This document shows, one piece after another, positions 61,917 through 64,000 of a stretch of DNA of 64,000 nucleotides. This stretch comes from Piromyces finnis finn (Eukaryota > Fungi > Neocallimastigomycota): the NCBI GenBank assembly GCA_002104945.1, contig MCFH01000041.1, positions 186,001 through 250,000 on the forward strand, read 5' to 3'. The notes beneath the pieces were generated by a model. That model was given only the letters and a program-made list of their open reading frames with translations. It was not told the origin of the DNA and ran no database searches. The stretch's first letter is position 1. The number at the start of each line of letters is the position of its first letter. Both the position numbers and the translations under genes were made by a program.

Positions 61917-64000
61917 GTTTATTTTCTATTTATATTTTTATAAATAAATAAATAAATAAATAAATATGGTTATATTTTCTTACATTTTTAAATAAAAAAT
62001 TATTTTTTTATTTGTTTACTTTTTTAAATGAATATATACCTTTTATTATATATACGGTAAAATAATATTTTGTTTTCTATTTGTTAAAATATAATATAAA
62101 TATTAGTTTACATTATAAATAAAAGAAATAATATTCATAATATTTTTTTATTTATTTATTTATTTATTTTGATTATAAATGTTGAATAAAATTTTTTAAT
62201 TCTATTTATATACTTTTATATATACTATTTTCTCTAATACTTTTTTTTTTTACTTTCTATTTATCCTTATTTTATATCAAAACTCTTTGTTTCTTTATTA
62301 TTTACTTTTTAAAATATTTTACTACTATTTTTTCACTTCACTATTCACTATCACCATTTGTTTATATTATTTTAAGGAATTTATTTCCAAATAAAATAAA
62401 ATTATTAACTTCGATACTTTTTACTATTTTTATTAAAAATAATTTTTAAAAAATAACTACTAATTGTTAATAATAAAATTATAAATTATATATTTACATT
62501 TATAATATACGAATTGTCTTTATGCGTAATGTTTATTTTTAAATATTTATTTAAATTATATTTTCATCAATGCGTAATTTGTATTTATGCGTTTGAATTT
62601 TATAATAAACAATAAAAAAGTTTTATTGAAATATATTAAAAAAAAAATAGAAAAAAAATAGTTTTGTTATCCCTTATATCTTTAAATTATTTTTTAAAAC
62701 TTCTTTCTATTATTATAAGAAAAATAAATAAAGAGCTTCTCTTCTTGTTTTTGTCTTTTAACCAAAAAAGATAAAAAGTATTAAAAAAGAAAACTCTTAA
62801 TTTATAAATTTATATTTTAGATCTTAAAATATAAGTTTTTTTTCTTTGAAATTTCTTTCCTTTTAAATAAATAATTCAATAACTAATAAAGAAATTTTAA
62901 AAATTGTTAAAAAAAAAAAAAAGATTTTTAGAAAGAAATTTTCATGCTTTTATTCGTATTTTTTTTTTCTAATTCCTATGTTAAATTATTAAATAATTTC
63001 ATTATTTGTAATGTAAATAAAAAAATAAATAATATAATAATATATTAAATTTTACTTTCCTTTTTCAATTCTATTTTTAATTAATTTAAAAAAATTTCTT
63101 TTTTCGATTATTTCTATTAAAATATAATATACTTATGAATATAAAAGGCAAATTAAATCTTTATACATTACAATATATTGATTATATTTCATTAATGTAT
63201 TTTTTCAATTAATAAAAAATAATACAATCTATTGAATAAGGATATGAATATAATTTTATTGTGTAATCTATAATAATAAATAATTTAGATTTATTTCCAA
63301 TTTAGTATAATATATATTATACTTTTTTTAATATTTACAATAAATATATTGATTTATTATAAGGACAGTACCTATATTACATATTTATTATTAATGCTAT
63401 AATAAGGTTTATATTAATTTAATGGATATAATATAATTGATTTATATTTAATATATAGTGTAGTATATTAATTAATCAATGAAAGCATAAAAAACTATAT
63501 TTCATATTATTTATATTATATGTATTGTATATTAATTTTAAATTGTGTAATATTTAATAATATAATGTATTATATTGTTAATATTATATATAATATAATT
63601 AATATAAAAAATAGTATTAAAAAATATATCACCAAAGTCAGTATATTTTATTAATTATAATATATTAATTACATATATATTGATTTATGTAATGTCTCTT
63701 TATTTTATGGTTATATAATATATTATAAAATATGTTTAAGACAAATTTATATATGTTATATATTTTTAAATAAATGATTATAGATTAAAATATATAGGAT
63801 TATATTATTTCATTTATAAATTTTTAACAAAAAGGCTTTTATTTTAATATAATAATTCATAAATAATTTCCTTTTTTGGAAGGCTTTTGTAAAAAAATAC
63901 AATTATTAAACTAATATTACAATTAAAAAAAAAAAAAAATCATATCAATTAATAATACAATTTATATTCATATATAAATATAAATGGTAAATTGTACTGT

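Overview
Extremely AT-rich, intron-rich eukaryotic DNA with long homopolymers and (TTA)n/(TTTA)n microsatellites. The gene content is fungal (ChAPs, GT71, group III G-alpha, class V myosin) and the composition is most consistent with an anaerobic gut fungus (Neocallimastigomycota; inference). I assembled 16 protein-coding genes by hand, 12 of them spliced at GT-AG sites: partial ChAPs/BCH1-like, F-box/LRR, EMC5, BBP/SF1, a J-like-domain multi-pass membrane protein, GT71, a TM+SH3 protein, BRF1, MOB1, a RasGEF, a Sec7+PH GEF, a PP1-docking mini-protein, a UsgS-like protein, a 12-exon G-alpha absent from the ORF track, a tubby/LURP-like protein and myosin V. The best signal is a candidate SINE-LINE partner pair 12 kb apart. 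One is a 5'-truncated non-LTR retroelement end (43369-44334, +). The other is a ~540-nt GC-richer element (55990-56530, -) with a degenerate tRNA-Ala(AGC) head and an A tail. They share an ungapped 44-nt segment (38/44 identical) containing a stem-loop with a compensatory base-pair change. Exon boundaries and family calls come from reading the sequence and recalled motifs, not from database searches.
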